From: Alphaproteobacteria bacterium
GTDB taxonomy: Bacteria; Pseudomonadota; Alphaproteobacteria; GCA-2731375
DNA length: 64,000 nucleotides
Assembly (NCBI GenBank): GCA_965225945.1
Contig: CBDDBZ010000025.1
Location: 64,001 to 128,000, forward strand
Direction: 5' to 3'
In this document: positions 20,831 through 34,308 of the stretch, one piece after another
Numbering within the stretch: position 1 is the first letter of the stretch
Layout of the letters: each line of letters begins with the position of its first letter
The notes under the pieces: generated by a model
What the model was told of the DNA's origin: nothing
The model's input: only the letters and a program-made list of their open reading frames with translations
Database searches by the model: none
Made by a program: the position numbers and the translations under genes

Positions 20831-21550
20831 ATGACGGGGAAAGGCGACGAGGGCTCGCCGAGGGCGCGGCGCATGCTGCATGGCCGTCGGCGCGGCAAGC
20901 CGATGCGGGCCGGACGGCGCGCTGCCTTCGAACGTCGACTGCCGGAGCTTCGAATCGAGCTGGATGGCGTGGCGCCGGGCGCGCTCGATCCCTCGAAGCT
21001 GTTCGCCGTGCTCCCGGCCGAGGTTTGGCTCGAGATCGGCGCCGGCAACGGCGAGCACCTGGCCTGGCAGGCGGCGGCCCATCCCGAGCACGGCCTGATC
21101 GCGGCCGAACCCTATCTCGCCGGCGTCGGCCGCGCCATCGGACACATCGATGCGGGCGGGCTCGCCAACGTCCGCTTCTTCGTCGACGACGCGCGCCTGC
21201 TGCTAGACGCCCTGGCCGAGGGCAGCATCGGCCGGCTCTTCATTCTGTTCCCGGACCCCTGGCCGAAGACGCGACACCACAAGAGGCGGATCGTCGCGCC
21301 GTCGACGCTACCCGCCATCGCGCGGGTGCTGGCCGACGGCGCCGAGCTGCGCCTCGCCACGGACGACATGAATTATTGTCGCTGGATGCTGGCGCTTCTG
21401 TGCCGCGCGCCGGCGTTCGAATGGCTCGCGCGGGGGCCAGCGGACTGGCGGCGACGCCGGGCGGACTGGCCGGCGACGCGTTACGAGGAGAAGGCGATCG
21501 CGCAGGGCCGAGAGCCGGCCTACCTCCGCTTTCGCCGCCGCCGGCGCTGA
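20831..21550 (+). CDS. trmB: tRNA (guanine-N7)-methyltransferase
   Basis: LEIGAGNG, FPDPWPK and TRYE motifs. Confidence 0.93.
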   Translation: MTGKGDEGSPRARRMLHGRRRGKPMRAGRRAAFERRLPELRIELDGVAPGALDPSKLFAVLPAEVWLEIGAGNGEHLAWQAAAHPEHGLIAAEPYLAGVGRAIGHIDAGGLANVRFFVDDARLLLDALAEGSIGRLFILFPDPWPKTRHHKRRIVAPSTLPAIARVLADGAELRLATDDMNYCRWMLALLCRAPAFEWLARGPADWRRRRADWPATRYEEKAIAQGREPAYLRFRRRRR

Positions 21551-21650
21551 GCCGGAATCGGCCGGAAAGCGCTTGCGGCGCGGGATCGCATGACTATTAT
21601 GGCGCCAAATTCGTCTCGCCCTTTCGATCCGAGACGAGGGCTTGCGAAGC

Positions 21651-21673
21651 GGTGGGCCGGCGCCCACCTTTTT
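21651..21673 (+). terminator. rimP leader terminator-like hairpin
   Basis: GGTGGGC-CGGC-GCCCACC followed by TTTTT just upstream of rimP; such leaders are known before rimP-nusA-infB. Confidence 0.7.
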
Positions 21674-21685
21674 AGTATTCGGAAC

Positions 21686-22210
21686 ATGGATAGATCGCGG
21701 AGACAGGATCGGCTCGCCCGTGTCGAGGAATTGATCGCGCCGTCGGTTCGGGCGCTGGGGTACGCCCTCGTGCGCTTGAAGATGATGGGCGGCAAGGCCC
21801 GGCCGACGTTGCAGATCATGGCCGAGCGGGACGACGGCGTGGAGATGACGGTGGACGACTGCGCCGAGTTGAGCCGCGCGATCTCCGCCCTGCTCGACGT
21901 CGAGGATCCGATCCCGAGTGCTTACGAGCTCGAGGTGAGCTCACCCGGGATCGACCGGCCGTTGGTCCGGCTCGAGGACTTCGAACGCTTTGCCGGCCAT
22001 GTCGCCAAGGTGGAGCTGGCGCGGCCGATCGACGGTCGCAAACGCTATCGCGGTCGCCTGCTGGGCCGCGAGGGCGAGATCGTTCGCATCGCCCTCGAGG
22101 ACGGCGACAGCCCGGTGGCGGAATTACCCTTCGCCGAGGTGTCCGAGGCGAAATTGGTCCTGACGGACGAGCTGATCAGGGCTGCACTGAAGGAAAGTGA
22201 GCGACGATAA
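21686..22210 (+). CDS. rimP: Ribosome maturation factor RimP
   Basis: YELEVSSPGIDRPL motif. Confidence 0.95.
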   Translation: MDRSRRQDRLARVEELIAPSVRALGYALVRLKMMGGKARPTLQIMAERDDGVEMTVDDCAELSRAISALLDVEDPIPSAYELEVSSPGIDRPLVRLEDFERFAGHVAKVELARPIDGRKRYRGRLLGREGEIVRIALEDGDSPVAELPFAEVSEAKLVLTDELIRAALKESERR

Positions 22211-23802
22211 TGCAGGAAACGGTGGTCGGCGCGAATCGGCTGGAACTGCTGCAGATCGCGGACGCGGTCGCGCGCGAGAAGGTGATCGACCCGGAAATTG
22301 TCATCGAGGCGATGGAGGAGGCGATCCAGCGGGCGGCACGCTCGAAATACGGCATGGAGAACGAGATCCGGGCCGAAATCGATCGCAAGAGCGGAGACAT
22401 AAAGCTCCAGCGTTTGCTGGAGGTGGTGGAGGCAGTGGAGAACGATGCCGCCCAGATCTCGCTCCCCGCCGCCCAGCGACGCAATCCCGACGCCCGCGTC
22501 GGCGATCTTCTGTCCGACCAACTTCCGCCGATCGACTTCGGCCGCATCGCGGCGCAGACGGCGAAACAGGTGATCTTTCAGAAGGTCCGTGACGCCGAAC
22601 GCGCGCGCCAGTACGAGGAGTACAAGGACCGCGTCGGCGAAATCGTCAACGGGATCGTCAAGCGGGTCGAATACGGCAACGTCATGGTCGATCTCGGCCG
22701 GGCCGAGGCGATCGTCAGGCGCGACGAGTTGCTGCCCAGGGAGAGCTTCCACAACGGCGACCGCCTCCGCGCCTATATCTATGACGTGCGCCAGGAAACC
22801 CGGGGCCCGCAGATCTTCCTCTCGCGCACCCATCCGCAGTTCATGGCGATGCTGTTCGCCCAGGAAGTGCCGGAAATCTACGACAGCATCATCGAGATCA
22901 AGGCGGTGGCGCGCGACCCCGGAAGCCGGGCCAAGATCGCCGTGGTCAGCCGCGATTCCAGCATCGATCCGGTGGGGGCCTGCGTCGGCATGCGTGGCAG
23001 CCGGGTCCAGGCCGTGGTCAGCGAACTGCAGGGCGAGAAGATAGACATCATTCCCTGGTCGCCGGATTCCGCCGCCTTCCTGGTGAACGGCCTGGCGCCG
23101 GCGGAGGTTACCAAGGTGGTGATGGACGAGGTGGTCCACAAGTTCGAGGTCGTGGTGCCGGACGAGCAGTTGAGCCTGGCAATCGGGCGCCGTGGCCAGA
23201 ACGTCCGCTTGGCCTCGCAGCTCACCGGCTGGGATATCGATATCCTGACCGAATCCGACGAGAGCGAGCGCCGCCAGGAGGAGCTGCGCCAACGCAGCTC
23301 GATGTTCATGGATTGCCTCGACATCGACGAGATGATGGCGCAATTGTTGGCGACCGAGGGCTTCGCCGTGGTCGAGGACGTGGCCTATGTGTCGCTGGAG
23401 GAACTGGCCGGGCTCGAGGGCTTCGACGAGGATTTGGCCGAGGCGCTGCAACGGCGCGCCCACGATTATCTCGATCGACGTGACCAGGAGTTGGATCTGG
23501 AGCGGCGTGAAATGGGGGTCGGTGATGATCTCGCCGCGATCGAGGGCTTGACGCCGGGGATGTTGGTCCGTTTCGGCGAGGCCGATATCAAGACGTTGGA
23601 CGATTTGGGCGACCTCGCTTCCGACGAGTTGACGGATCCGGTCGAGGGCGTTCTCGCCGACTTCGCCCTCACCGAGGAGGAGGCCAACGCCATCATCATG
23701 GCGGCCCGGGCGCACTGGTTCGACGACGAGGCGCCGGCCGAGCCGACACCGGAGAGCGAGGATGACGCGCCGTCGAGTGGCGCCCAGGGCGAAGCGACCT
23801 GA
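22210..23802 (+). CDS. nusA: Transcription termination factor NusA
   Basis: FGRIAAQTAKQ, ARDPGSRAK and AIGRRGQNVRLA motifs. Confidence 0.97.
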   Translation: MQETVVGANRLELLQIADAVAREKVIDPEIVIEAMEEAIQRAARSKYGMENEIRAEIDRKSGDIKLQRLLEVVEAVENDAAQISLPAAQRRNPDARVGDLLSDQLPPIDFGRIAAQTAKQVIFQKVRDAERARQYEEYKDRVGEIVNGIVKRVEYGNVMVDLGRAEAIVRRDELLPRESFHNGDRLRAYIYDVRQETRGPQIFLSRTHPQFMAMLFAQEVPEIYDSIIEIKAVARDPGSRAKIAVVSRDSSIDPVGACVGMRGSRVQAVVSELQGEKIDIIPWSPDSAAFLVNGLAPAEVTKVVMDEVVHKFEVVVPDEQLSLAIGRRGQNVRLASQLTGWDIDILTESDESERRQEELRQRSSMFMDCLDIDEMMAQLLATEGFAVVEDVAYVSLEELAGLEGFDEDLAEALQRRAHDYLDRRDQELDLERREMGVGDDLAAIEGLTPGMLVRFGEADIKTLDDLGDLASDELTDPVEGVLADFALTEEEANAIIMAARAHWFDDEAPAEPTPESEDDAPSSGAQGEAT

Positions 23803-24421
23803 GGCCGATCCGGCGCGGGAATCGGGCCTCAGGCGCTGCATCGTCTCCGGCGAGAGCCGCGAGCGCGCGGCATTGGTGCGTTTCGTCGTCGGGCCGGACG
23901 GCGAGATCGTGCCCGATCTGGCCAATCGATTGCCGGGACGGGGCCTCTGGGTCGCCGCCGATCGCGTTAGCATCGCCCAGGCGGTCGAGCGTCGGCGCTT
24001 CCAATACGCTGCGCGGCGCTCACTCTCCGTGGCGCCGGATCTAGTGGATCGGGTCGAGGCCCTGCTGGCGCGGCGCGCGCTCGAGTTCCTCGGTCTGGCG
24101 CGCCGGGCGGGCGAAGTGGTGGTCGGTTACGAGAAGACCCGCGCCTGGCTCGAGGCCGGACGTTGCGCCGTCCTGCTCGCGGCGCGGGACGGCGCCGCCG
24201 GGGGCCGCGACAAGCTCGCCCGCCTGGCCGGCGACGCGGTTATCGTTTCGCTGTTCGACTCGGGGGAATTGAGTTTGGCATTGGGTCGGCAAAATGTGGT
24301 ACATGCTGCCCTTTGCCACGGTGGGCTCGCCGGTCGATTCTGCGTGGAAATGTTACGATTGGGCGGGTTTCGTGAACTCGGCGCGGTTTCGGCGGCGCCG
24401 GCGAAAGAGGACGTCACGTGA
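23762..24421 (+). CDS. YlxR (DUF448)/L7Ae-like RNA-binding protein
   Basis: [19 protein letters not shown] and LGLARRAG motifs; lies between nusA and infB. Confidence 0.88.
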   Translation: MTRRRVAPRAKRPEADPARESGLRRCIVSGESRERAALVRFVVGPDGEIVPDLANRLPGRGLWVAADRVSIAQAVERRRFQYAARRSLSVAPDLVDRVEALLARRALEFLGLARRAGEVVVGYEKTRAWLEAGRCAVLLAARDGAAGGRDKLARLAGDAVIVSLFDSGELSLALGRQNVVHAALCHGGLAGRFCVEMLRLGGFRELGAVSAAPAKEDVT

Positions 24422-27141
24422 GCGAGACGGGTGAGAACTTGAGCGAGACGGGTGAGAACTTGAGCGAGACGGGTGAGAACTTGAGCGAGACGGGTGAGAA
24501 CTTGAGCGAGACGGGTGAGAACTTGAGCGAGACGGGTGAGAACTTGAGCGAGACGGGTGAGAAGAAGACGCTGAGCCTGACCAAGGAGCCCAGGCGAATG
24601 GAGCTCCGTGGTAGCGGTGACACGGCTCAGGTCAAGCAGAGCTTCAGCCACGGCCGCAGCAAGACCGTCCAGGTCGAGGTCCGCCGCAACCGCGCGGCCG
24701 CCCGCGCGCCGGCGCTTCAGCCCGTGCCCGTGCCCGAACCCGCCGCGCCGCCGGTCGAGGCGCTGCCGATCGTCGAACAGGCGCCGGGCGACGAAGGGCG
24801 CATTCGCCACGTCCTGCCAACACTCAGCGAGGCGGAGAAGGCGACGCGTGCCCGCGCGCTCGACGTTGCCCGCCGCGCCGACCAGCAAGCCCGCGAGAAC
24901 ATAGAGGAACAGGCCCGCCTCAGGACGCTCGAGGAGAAACGGCTGCAGGCCGAGAATGAAGCGGCGGAGATACGGCGCAAGTCGGAGGAAGATCGCAGAC
25001 GCACCGAAGTGGAGTCGCGCCAGCGGGCCGAGGAGGGGGCGGAACGCAAGCTCCGCGAGCAGGAGGCGCGAAGTCGCGAGGACGACGAAGGGGTCGTGGG
25101 TGCGGCGCCGGGCGGGCTTAAGCTGCCAGGCGGCTTGAGCGGACGCCAGGCGATCGACGCCGAGGAGGAGAGCGCGCGTGGCCGCCGGACGCCACCGGGT
25201 CGGCGCACGCCCGCCCCGAAGCGCAACGAGCCGCGCCGCCGCTCCGGTCGCATGACCATCAATCAGGCGCTCGACGTCGACGACAGCGACGCCAGGGTGC
25301 GTTCTCTCGCCTCCGTCCGCCGCGAGCGGGAGCGACTGCGTCAGGCCCGCGCCGACCGCGTGGCGAGCGGTGCCGCGCCGCAGAAGATCTATCGCGAGGT
25401 CGTGATCCCCGAGAGCATCACGGTCCAGGAACTCTCCAACCGAATGGCGGAGCGGGCGACCGACCTCATTCGCGCGCTGATGAAGCTCGACGTGATGGCG
25501 ACGATCAATCAATCGATCGATTCCGACACCGCCGAACTTCTCGTGAACGAATTCGGCCACACACCCAAGCTGGTCAGCGCCGCCGACGTCGAAATCGGCC
25601 TTGTCGGAGCCGACGATATGGAGGGCGATTTGCAGCCCAGACCACCCGTCGTCACGGTGATGGGCCACGTCGATCACGGCAAGACATCGTTGTTGGACGC
25701 GCTTCGCGAAACCAACGTGGTCGCCGGCGAGGCGGGCGGCATCACGCAGCACATCGGTGCCTATCAGGTCGAGGGCGAGAGCGGGAAGATCACCTTCATC
25801 GACACGCCCGGCCACGAGGCATTCACCCAGATGCGGGCCCGCGGCGCCGGAGTGACGGACATCGTCGTGCTCGTCGTCGCCGCCGACGACGGCGTGATGC
25901 CGCAGACGGTGGAGGCGATCAACCACGCCAAGGCGGCGGAGGTACCGATCATCGTCGCGGTCAACAAGATCGATCGCAAGGGCGCCGACCCAGAGCGCGT
26001 GACGCGCGAGCTGTTGCAGCACGAGGTGGTGAGCGAGAAGTTGGGCGGCGACGTGCAGGTGATCGAGGTTTCGGCGACCGAGCGGATCAATCTCGACAAG
26101 CTGGAGGAGGCGATCACGCTGCAGGCCGAGATCCTGGAGCTCGGCGCGAATCCGAACCGCGAGGCCGAGGGCGTGATCGTCGAGGCCAAGCTCGATCGTG
26201 GTCGCGGACCGGTGGCCACGGTGCTGATCCAGCGCGGCACGCTCCGCGTCGGCGATATCTTCGTCGCCGGCTTCGAATGGGGTCGGGTGCGCGCCCTGAT
26301 CGACGGCCACGGCCGCAATATCGAGGAGGCCGGCCCCTCCATGCCGGTCGAGGTCCTGGGACTGAACGGCACGCCGCTCGCGGGCGACCACTTCACCGCG
26401 CTCGACAGCGAGGCGCGAGCCCGCGAGGTCACCGCGTATCGCCAGGCGACGGAGCGTGATCGCCGCGCCTCCCAAGGCGCGCGCAGTTCGGTGCAACAGA
26501 TGTTCGCTGAGATCACGGCCGGCGAGCGCCAGGAGTTGCCGATCGTCATCAAGGGCGACGTGCAGGGCTCGGTCGAGGCGATCGTCGGCGCGCTGGAGCG
26601 ACTGGGCACCGACGAGGTGGCGGTGCGCGTGCTGCACAGCGGCGTCGGCGGCGTCACCGAATCCGACGTGACGCTGGCCGCCGCTTCCGCGGCACCGATC
26701 CTGGGATTCAACGTTCGCGCCAATGCGCAGACCCAGGCGCACGCGAAGCGGGACGGCGTCGAGCTTCGCTACTATTCTGTCATCTACGAGCTGGTCGACG
26801 ACATCAAGGCGGCGTTGAGCGGCATGCTGGCGCCGGAGCGGCGGGAAGAAATGCTCGGTACGCTGGACGTGCTGGAGGTCTTCTCGATCACCAAGGTCGG
26901 TCGTATAGCCGGTTGCCGCGTCTCCGGCGGCGTGGTGCGTCCGGGTGCCCGGGCGCGGTTGCTGCGCGACAGCATTGTGGTGCATGACGGCAATCTGAAG
27001 TCCCTCAGGCGCTTCAAGGACGACGTGCGCGAGGTCCGCGAGGGCAACGAGTGTGGCGTCGCGCTGGAGAACTACCAGGATCTGCAGCCCGGCGACGTCC
27101 TGGAAGTCTATGAAGTCGAGGAGATCGAGCGGGTGCTCTGA
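24418..27141 (+). CDS. infB: Translation initiation factor IF-2
   Basis: [22 protein letters not shown] and NKID motifs. Confidence 0.97.
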   Translation: MSETGENLSETGENLSETGENLSETGENLSETGENLSETGENLSETGEKKTLSLTKEPRRMELRGSGDTAQVKQSFSHGRSKTVQVEVRRNRAAARAPALQPVPVPEPAAPPVEALPIVEQAPGDEGRIRHVLPTLSEAEKATRARALDVARRADQQARENIEEQARLRTLEEKRLQAENEAAEIRRKSEEDRRRTEVESRQRAEEGAERKLREQEARSREDDEGVVGAAPGGLKLPGGLSGRQAIDAEEESARGRRTPPGRRTPAPKRNEPRRRSGRMTINQALDVDDSDARVRSLASVRRERERLRQARADRVASGAAPQKIYREVVIPESITVQELSNRMAERATDLIRALMKLDVMATINQSIDSDTAELLVNEFGHTPKLVSAADVEIGLVGADDMEGDLQPRPPVVTVMGHVDHGKTSLLDALRETNVVAGEAGGITQHIGAYQVEGESGKITFIDTPGHEAFTQMRARGAGVTDIVVLVVAADDGVMPQTVEAINHAKAAEVPIIVAVNKIDRKGADPERVTRELLQHEVVSEKLGGDVQVIEVSATERINLDKLEEAITLQAEILELGANPNREAEGVIVEAKLDRGRGPVATVLIQRGTLRVGDIFVAGFEWGRVRALIDGHGRNIEEAGPSMPVEVLGLNGTPLAGDHFTALDSEARAREVTAYRQATERDRRASQGARSSVQQMFAEITAGERQELPIVIKGDVQGSVEAIVGALERLGTDEVAVRVLHSGVGGVTESDVTLAAASAAPILGFNVRANAQTQAHAKRDGVELRYYSVIYELVDDIKAALSGMLAPERREEMLGTLDVLEVFSITKVGRIAGCRVSGGVVRPGARARLLRDSIVVHDGNLKSLRRFKDDVREVREGNECGVALENYQDLQPGDVLEVYEVEEIERVL
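24419..24563 (+). repeat. Perfect 21-bp tandem repeat TGAGCGAGACGGGTGAGAACT, 6 full copies plus 19 bp
   Basis: Units start at 24419, 24440, 24461, 24482, 24503, 24524 and 24545; encodes (SETGENL)6-SETGE. Confidence 0.97.
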
Positions 27142-27302
27142 TCGGCACCCACGCCCTGAATTTTGGCCGATGGGCATTTAGAGCCCGTTATTGTTGTCCG
27201 ACCCGACCGAGGCTCCCGTTCACGCGATCGCTGGGTGTGCTCGGGGTCGGTGGGCGAGGCGTATCGCGGCCGCGAATCATGCTATGGGGCGGTTGGAACA
27301 TC

Positions 27303-27737
27303 ATGGCCAGGGAACGCAATGAAGCACGCGTGGAAGGCCCAAGTGCGCGTAGTCAACGTCAGCTTCGCGTCGGCGAATTGATCCGCCAGGCCCTTTCGGA
27401 GGTGTTGGCGCGCGAAGACGCGCGCGATCCGTCCCTCGCCGGCGTGTCAATCACCGTCAGCGAAGTGAGGCCCACGCCCGACCTGCGAGACGCGACCTGC
27501 TTCGTCATGCCGCTCGGCGGCGAAGGGCGCGAGGACGTGATGGTGGGCCTGGCCCGCACCGCGCCGTGGCTCTCCGGCCAAGTGGCCAGGCGGGTGCGGC
27601 TCAAATACGCGCCCAGGCTACGCTTCGAGCTGGATCGGAGTTTCGACGCCGCCAATCGGGTCGACAGGCTGTTGCGCCGGGCGGACGTGGCCCGCGACCT
27701 CGGGCCCGGCGAGGCGGGGGAGACGGATGGCGCGTAG
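27303..27737 (+). CDS. rbfA: Ribosome-binding factor A
   Basis: SQRQLRVGELIR, TPDLRDA and LKYAPRLRF motifs. Confidence 0.95.
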   Translation: MARERNEARVEGPSARSQRQLRVGELIRQALSEVLAREDARDPSLAGVSITVSEVRPTPDLRDATCFVMPLGGEGREDVMVGLARTAPWLSGQVARRVRLKYAPRLRFELDRSFDAANRVDRLLRRADVARDLGPGEAGETDGA

Positions 27738-28629
27738 ACGGCGGGGTCGGGCCGTCAGTGGCTGGGTCGTGCTCGACAAGCCGGAGGGAATGACCTCGAC
27801 CCGGGCGGTCGGCGCCGTTCGCCGGCTGTTCGACGCGGCCAAGGCGGGCCACGCCGGCACTCTCGACCCGCTGGCCAGCGGGCTGCTGCCGATCGCCCTC
27901 GGCGAGGCGACCAAGCTTGCCGGCCGGCTCATGGACTCGCCCAAATGCTATGCCTTCACCGTGCGTTGGGGCGAGGCGCGCGATACCGACGACGCCGAGG
28001 GCGAGATCGTGGCAACCAGCGATCGGCGGCCGAAGAGGGCGGATATTCGCGCGCTGTTGCCGGATTTCCTGGGTGACATCGAGCAACGTCCGCCGGTCTA
28101 TTCCGCGATCAAGGTCCAGGGCGAGCGGGCCTACGATCTCGCCCGCTCGGGCCGGCCGGTCGAGTTGCGGCCGCGTCGCGTGCGCATCGACCGCTTCGAA
28201 TTGCTGGAGCACGACGGCGGCGATTGCGATCATGCCAGCTTCGAGGTCGATTGCGGCAAGGGCGCCTATATCCGCGGTCTCGCCCGTGACCTCGGCGCGC
28301 GGCTAGGCTGCTTCGGCCATGTCGTCAAGCTTCGTCGCGCGCGGGTCGGACCTTTCGATCAGAGCGATGCGATTTTTCTGGATAAACTCGAAGACTTGCG
28401 TCATAAGGGGGCGCTCGATGAGACTCTGTTCCCGATCGAGGCGGCGCTGGACGACATCCCGGCGCTGGTCGTGACGGAAACGGAGGCCGCCCGACTCAGA
28501 AATGGGCAGGCGGTTCGGGTCCCCAGCACCAAGGCAGGTACCGTGTGCGTTATGGCCGATGGACGGCCGGTGGCGCTCGCCGAAGTGGAAGGTGGGGAGG
28601 TACGGCCGGTGCGGGTGTTCAACCTTTGA
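27727..28629 (+). CDS. truB: tRNA pseudouridine(55) synthase
   Basis: KAGHAGTLDPLASG and PPVYSAIK motifs. Confidence 0.96.
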   Translation: MARRRRGRAVSGWVVLDKPEGMTSTRAVGAVRRLFDAAKAGHAGTLDPLASGLLPIALGEATKLAGRLMDSPKCYAFTVRWGEARDTDDAEGEIVATSDRRPKRADIRALLPDFLGDIEQRPPVYSAIKVQGERAYDLARSGRPVELRPRRVRIDRFELLEHDGGDCDHASFEVDCGKGAYIRGLARDLGARLGCFGHVVKLRRARVGPFDQSDAIFLDKLEDLRHKGALDETLFPIEAALDDIPALVVTETEAARLRNGQAVRVPSTKAGTVCVMADGRPVALAEVEGGEVRPVRVFNL

Positions 28630-28657
28630 AGGCCTGGCGTCGAAGACCTGGGAGTAA

Positions 28658-28930
28658 ATGATGTCGATCACCGCCGAGCGGAAATTGGAGTTGGTAAAGG
28701 AATATCGTCGCGGCGACGACGACACCGGGTCCCCGGAAGTGCAGGTCGCGATCCTGACGGAACGCATCGTCAACCTGACCGGACATTTCAAGACGCATCA
28801 CAAGGACAACCACTCGCGTCGCGGGCTCCTGAAAATGGTGAGCCAGCGTCGCCGTTTGCTTGATTACCTGATTAGCAAGGACCAGGAGCGCTATCAATCG
28901 CTCATCCAGAGCCTGGGACTCCGGCGATAG
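28658..28930 (+). CDS. rpsO: 30S ribosomal protein S15
   Basis: [13 protein letters not shown] and [10 protein letters not shown] motifs. Confidence 0.97.
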   Translation: MMSITAERKLELVKEYRRGDDDTGSPEVQVAILTERIVNLTGHFKTHHKDNHSRRGLLKMVSQRRRLLDYLISKDQERYQSLIQSLGLRR

Positions 28931-29109
28931 CCGGGCCAGGGCGCATCACCGTGACCGTGTCGGACACGGTCTCATATCCGATAACACGACGAGCTCGCGC
29001 GCGGATCACGCGCGCGCCTCGACGGCTGTCGCGCGCATGGGGCGCGGCGACGGCGTCGAGCCGGGCGGCGGCGCCATGGGGGCGCCGCGCGCCATGAAGG
29101 AAGGAAGAT

Positions 29110-31245
<2,136 letters not shown>

Positions 31246-31272
31246 GCCGAAGTCCAACCAGGGGCGGGCGTC

Positions 31273-31950
31273 ATGCGCCGGATCGTCGATTTGTCCATCG
31301 ACCATGAGGCTCATTTCCGCTGGGGGGTTGAGCGCAGCGTGAGGCGGGAGACGCTGCCCGACGGCGGGGTCTTCACCATCACCAGCATCTCGACCACGGT
31401 GCATGCCTTCACCCATATGGATGCGCCCCGCCACGTGGTCGAGGACGGGCCGACCACGGACGACATCTCGCTCGACCGGGTGGTGGGCGAGACGGCGGTG
31501 GTCGACCTGCTCGACATCGCCGACGGCGAGGCGATCACCGAGGCGCGGCTGGCCGAGCGGGCGGACCACGTGACGCCGGGCGACATGGTGATCGTGAAGA
31601 CCGCCTGGGACACCCGGCGCGATATCGCCACGCCCGCCTATTGGCGCGACGCCCCCTACATGACGCGGGAGGCGAGCGAATGGCTCCGCGCCAAGGACAT
31701 TCGCGCGATCGGCTTCGATTTTCCCCAGGACTATCCCATCCGCCTGATGCTCGACGGCGAGCGGCGCGCCATGGTCGAGATGGTGACGCACGACGTGCTG
31801 CTCAGGAACGGCGTCATCATGTTCGAGTATCTCGGCAATACCGCCGCGCTCAGCGAGGCACGCAGCTTCGTCTGCGCCCTGCCGATGAAGCTGCCCGGGT
31901 CCGACGGCGCGCCCGCCCGCATCATCGCCATCGAGGGTCTGCTGGGCTGA
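31273..31950 (+). CDS. Cyclase family (kynurenine formamidase-like) metal hydrolase
   Basis: HAFTHMDAPRH and DGAPARIIA motifs. Confidence 0.85.
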   Translation: MRRIVDLSIDHEAHFRWGVERSVRRETLPDGGVFTITSISTTVHAFTHMDAPRHVVEDGPTTDDISLDRVVGETAVVDLLDIADGEAITEARLAERADHVTPGDMVIVKTAWDTRRDIATPAYWRDAPYMTREASEWLRAKDIRAIGFDFPQDYPIRLMLDGERRAMVEMVTHDVLLRNGVIMFEYLGNTAALSEARSFVCALPMKLPGSDGAPARIIAIEGLLG

Positions 31951-31996
31951 GCGCCGCCGTGCTATCCTGCCCGTGTCGAGGCCAAGGAGGGACGGC

Positions 31997-33190
31997 ATGC
32001 GCAAGGTGATGGTCGGCGGCGTCGGAATGACGCGCTTCGGTCGATTTCTCGACCGCAGCCTCGGCGATCTCGCCTGCGGCGCGGTTCGCCAGGCCCTGGA
32101 CGACGCCGGGCTCGAGGTCGCCGACATCGGCCTCGTCGCGTTCGGCAACGCCGCCGCCGGACTGTTGAATTCACAGGAGTGTATCCGCGGCCAGACCGCG
32201 CTCCGCCGCCTCGGCCTCGAGGGCGCGGCGGTCATCAACGTCGAGAACGCGTGCGCCTCCGGCTCGACCGCCTTCCACCTCGCCCGCTTAGCGGTCGGCG
32301 CCGGGCAGTGCGACGTCGCCGTCGCCGTCGGTGCCGAGAAGATGTACAACGAGGATCGCCTGGTAGCCCTCCGGGCGCTGGAGGCGGCGGCGGACGCGGA
32401 GGAACTGCGCGAACTGAAGCGCCGCATCGGGGCGCCGGAGGACGAGCCCACCGGCTCCGTCTTCATGGACCTCTATTCGAGTGTCGCCCGGGGCTACATG
32501 GAGAAGAGCGGCGCCACCGTCGAGGATCTCGCCGCCGTCTCGGTCAAGAGCCGCCGGGCCGGCGCGCGACACGAGCGGGCCCAGTTCCGCCAGACGGTGG
32601 ACGCCCGGGCGGTGCTGGCGAGCCGGATGATCAGCGATCCCTTGACCTTGATGATGTGCTCGCCGATCGGCGACGGGGCCGCCGCGTTGGTGCTGACCAG
32701 CGAGGATTTCGCCGCTCGCCACGCCATCGCCGGTATCGAGGTCAAGGCCTGCGCCATGGCCTCCGGCATGCCGGCGCACCCCGAGGCGGCGCCGGTCGCC
32801 GTCCGCGCCGTCGCCGCTGCTTACGAAGAGGCCGGCCTCGGCCCCGAGGACCTCGACGTCGTGGAGCTGCACGACGCCGCCGCGCCGGCCGAACTGGTGC
32901 TCTACGAGGAACTGGGGCTCTGCCCGCCCGGTGGTGGACCCGATCTCTTGCGCAGTGGCCGTACCTCGTTCGGCGGCGATGTGCCGGTCAACGCCGGCGG
33001 CGGCCTGTTGAGCCGGGGCCACCCGGTTGGCGCCTCCGGCTGCGCCCAGCTCGTGGAACTGACCGAGCAGCTACGCGGCACGGCAGGCGCGCGCCAGCGC
33101 GAGGACGCGGCAATCGCGCTGGCCGAGAACGCCGGTGGCTGGATGGGGAACGACGCGGCCGCCACGGTGGTCACCATCCTCGCCGCCTGA
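31997..33190 (+). CDS. Thiolase family protein (SCP2/lipid-transfer type)
   Basis: NVENACASGS, VELHDA and GHPVGASG motifs. Confidence 0.88.
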   Translation: MRKVMVGGVGMTRFGRFLDRSLGDLACGAVRQALDDAGLEVADIGLVAFGNAAAGLLNSQECIRGQTALRRLGLEGAAVINVENACASGSTAFHLARLAVGAGQCDVAVAVGAEKMYNEDRLVALRALEAAADAEELRELKRRIGAPEDEPTGSVFMDLYSSVARGYMEKSGATVEDLAAVSVKSRRAGARHERAQFRQTVDARAVLASRMISDPLTLMMCSPIGDGAAALVLTSEDFAARHAIAGIEVKACAMASGMPAHPEAAPVAVRAVAAAYEEAGLGPEDLDVVELHDAAAPAELVLYEELGLCPPGGGPDLLRSGRTSFGGDVPVNAGGGLLSRGHPVGASGCAQLVELTEQLRGTAGARQREDAAIALAENAGGWMGNDAAATVVTILAA

Positions 33191-33202
33191 CGCGCCTCGG
33201 GC

Positions 33203-34168
33203 TCAATCGAGGTCGGGGTTCCGGGTCTCGCGGTAACGGTCCTCGATCGCGTCCCAGATCTCGCCGGCGAGGTCGGAGTCGTCGAAGCGGCTGACCTCCT
33301 GGATGCCGGTGGGCGAGGTGACGTTGATCTCCGTCATGTAGTCGCCGATCACGTCGATGCCGACGAAGATCAGGCCCTGGGCCTTGAGCGTCGGTCCGAT
33401 GGCTTCGCAGATCAGCCGGTCGCGGGGCGTCAGCGTCGAGCGCTCGGCCGTGCCGCCGACATGCAGGTTGGAGCGCGCCTCGCCCTCCTTCGGCACCCGG
33501 TTGATGGCACCGGCAGCGCGGCCGTCGATCAGGATCACCCGCTTGTCGCCCTGCCGCACCTCCGGCAGGTAGAGCTGGGCGATCAGCGGCTCACGCGAGA
33601 TCTGGGTGAACATCTCGATCAGCGCGTTCAGGTTCTCGTCGCCCGGTGTGACGTGGAAGACGCCGGCGCCACCGTTGCCGAACAGCGGCTTGATGATGAT
33701 GTCTTGGTACTGCTCGCGGAAGGCGCGGACCTCGTCCATGTCGGCGGTGATCAGCGTCGGCGGCATCAGCTCGGGGAAGTGGGTGACGAAGAGCTTCTCC
33801 GGCGCGTTCCGGACGTTTTTGGGATCGTTCACCACCAGGGTCTCGGGATGGATCCGTTCCAGGAGATGCGTGGCGGTGATGTAAGCCATGTCGAAGGGCG
33901 GGTCTTGGCGCATCAGCACCACGTCCATGGTGGCGAGGTCGACCGGCTCCATCTGGCCAAGCGTGGCGTGATTGCCCGGCTCGCGGCGGACCTCGAGCGG
34001 GCGTACCTTGGCGACCACGCGGCCCGCCTTCATCGAGAGCTCGCGAGGCAGGTAGTGATAGACCCCGTGACCCCGCGCCTGCGCCTCCAGCGCCAGCGCG
34101 AAGGTGCTGTCGGCGTCGATATCGATGTTCTCGACCGGGTCCATCTGGATGGCGACGGCGAGGCTCAT
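33203..34168 (-). CDS. gshB: Glutathione synthetase
   Basis: [12 protein letters not shown] and EINVTSPTG motifs. Confidence 0.96.
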   Translation of the reverse strand: MSLAVAIQMDPVENIDIDADSTFALALEAQARGHGVYHYLPRELSMKAGRVVAKVRPLEVRREPGNHATLGQMEPVDLATMDVVLMRQDPPFDMAYITATHLLERIHPETLVVNDPKNVRNAPEKLFVTHFPELMPPTLITADMDEVRAFREQYQDIIIKPLFGNGGAGVFHVTPGDENLNALIEMFTQISREPLIAQLYLPEVRQGDKRVILIDGRAAGAINRVPKEGEARSNLHVGGTAERSTLTPRDRLICEAIGPTLKAQGLIFVGIDVIGDYMTEINVTSPTGIQEVSRFDDSDLAGEIWDAIEDRYRETRNPDLD

Positions 34169-34308
34169 GGCCGAATTCCCCTTGTGAGAAAGTCCTTCGC
34201 TTCGCTCAGTATACTTTTTCACCTTCTCGAAACGGCGAAAATGCGGCTCGGCGGCCGCTCGACCGGCGACGACAGCGCCTCGAGGCTCTCGCCGCGACCC
34301 TCGCCGCT

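Noticed and set aside
24419-24563. CRISPR array
   Set aside because: The repeats are contiguous with no spacers, in frame within infB, and no cas genes are present
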